A stretch of 64,000 nucleotides of DNA from Octopus sinensis (lineage: Eukaryota), in assembly GCF_006345805.1 (NCBI RefSeq), contig NC_043003.1, forward strand, positions 76,942,001-77,006,000. Reading direction: 5' to 3'. Shown in pieces: positions 63,178 through 64,000 of this stretch; positions within the stretch are counted from its first letter, which is position 1, and every line of letters starts with the position of its first letter. The notes under the pieces are model-generated. The model was not told the origin of the DNA. It saw only the letters and a list, made by a program, of their open reading frames with translations, and did not search any database. A program made the translations under genes and the position numbers.

Positions 63178-64000
63178 CTGAGGAACAAATCACAAACGGT
63201 ACAAGGTTTTTGTATGCTTGTGAGTGATACTTAGCCAATCAACTTACTGCTCTGGGTCTTGAATTCGTATTAGTTCATTGTGAGACATTCGTATATTAAC
63301 AGTATCCCTGTACGTGTTGTATCTGTATTAGCAATATAATACCCCATTGTTCAACATTGATATCTTAGCACAGCTCCATTATGGATTTCATTCGGGTTAG
63401 TAGTAATGCAGTGTGGAACTCACTTGCATTAGTAGTATTCCATTGTGTCTCTTATTCTTTTATAGATTTCGCGCTATTAGTTCTTCATAAACGTAGGTGT
63501 GCATTACTTGTGCTTAGATTTGCGTGTATGTGTATATTTACATAGAAGAGAGGCACAGACAGAGAGAAAGAGAGGGAGTGAGAGCGATAAAGTGTATGAT
63601 CATGTGAGTAGCTTTTGTTCAAATAGCGCTTACATGCGTGTTTGTGTCTATAGATGTGTGTTTAAAGTGTAATAGATTCCAAAATATATAAACATGTTTG
63701 TACATATTTTTATACGTATATATTTCTATTTGGTTATTGTGTCTGTGTTTGTGTGTGTACATGTGGGTTGTGTCACAACAAAAAAAGACATCGTAAATAC
63801 TTATATGTGCGCTATGTTGCATATCTTTTTTCTGTGTGGCTATACATATATCTATTTATGCATATGTGTGTGCGTGCTCATAAGTGTGTGTGTGTGTGTA
63901 CGTGTTTCTTGAAATCTCTCAATGTTTATGAATGAGTGAGTGTACATATGAATAAGTACGTGTGTATGTGTATATGTATATGTGTGTGTCTGTGTGCATG

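Overview
AT-rich, microsatellite-saturated animal genomic DNA. The repeat make-up ((TA)n, (CA)n, (ATAC)n, (GATA)n and (AAT)n tracts, three tRNA-headed SINE families, Penelope, RTE and R4/Dong-type retroelements) suggests a mollusc, most likely an octopus; this is inference only. No complete, recognisable host gene is visible, and nearly all ORFs in the supplied track are microsatellite or antisense artefacts. The one long intact ORF (2960-4291, minus, 443 aa) encodes a LINE-ORF1/gag-like CCHC zinc-knuckle protein. It lies in a 1.65-kb element with no ORF2, bounded by an exact 18-bp target-site duplication (HAL1-like architecture) and inserted into the 3' end of a Penelope element. Its 3' tip is shared with one copy of the commonest SINE. 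Several type-I hammerhead-ribozyme motifs sit next to Penelope fragments, and three foldbacks are centred on or next to lone hammerhead 3' halves. (AAT)n tracts carry stacked R4/Dong 3' ends and a non-coding ~540-bp element. A chain of frame-compatible micro-exon candidates (minus, ~9.9-12.1 kb) may belong to an unidentified host gene. Coordinates of decayed elements are approximate. All family assignments come from manual motif recognition, not database searches.
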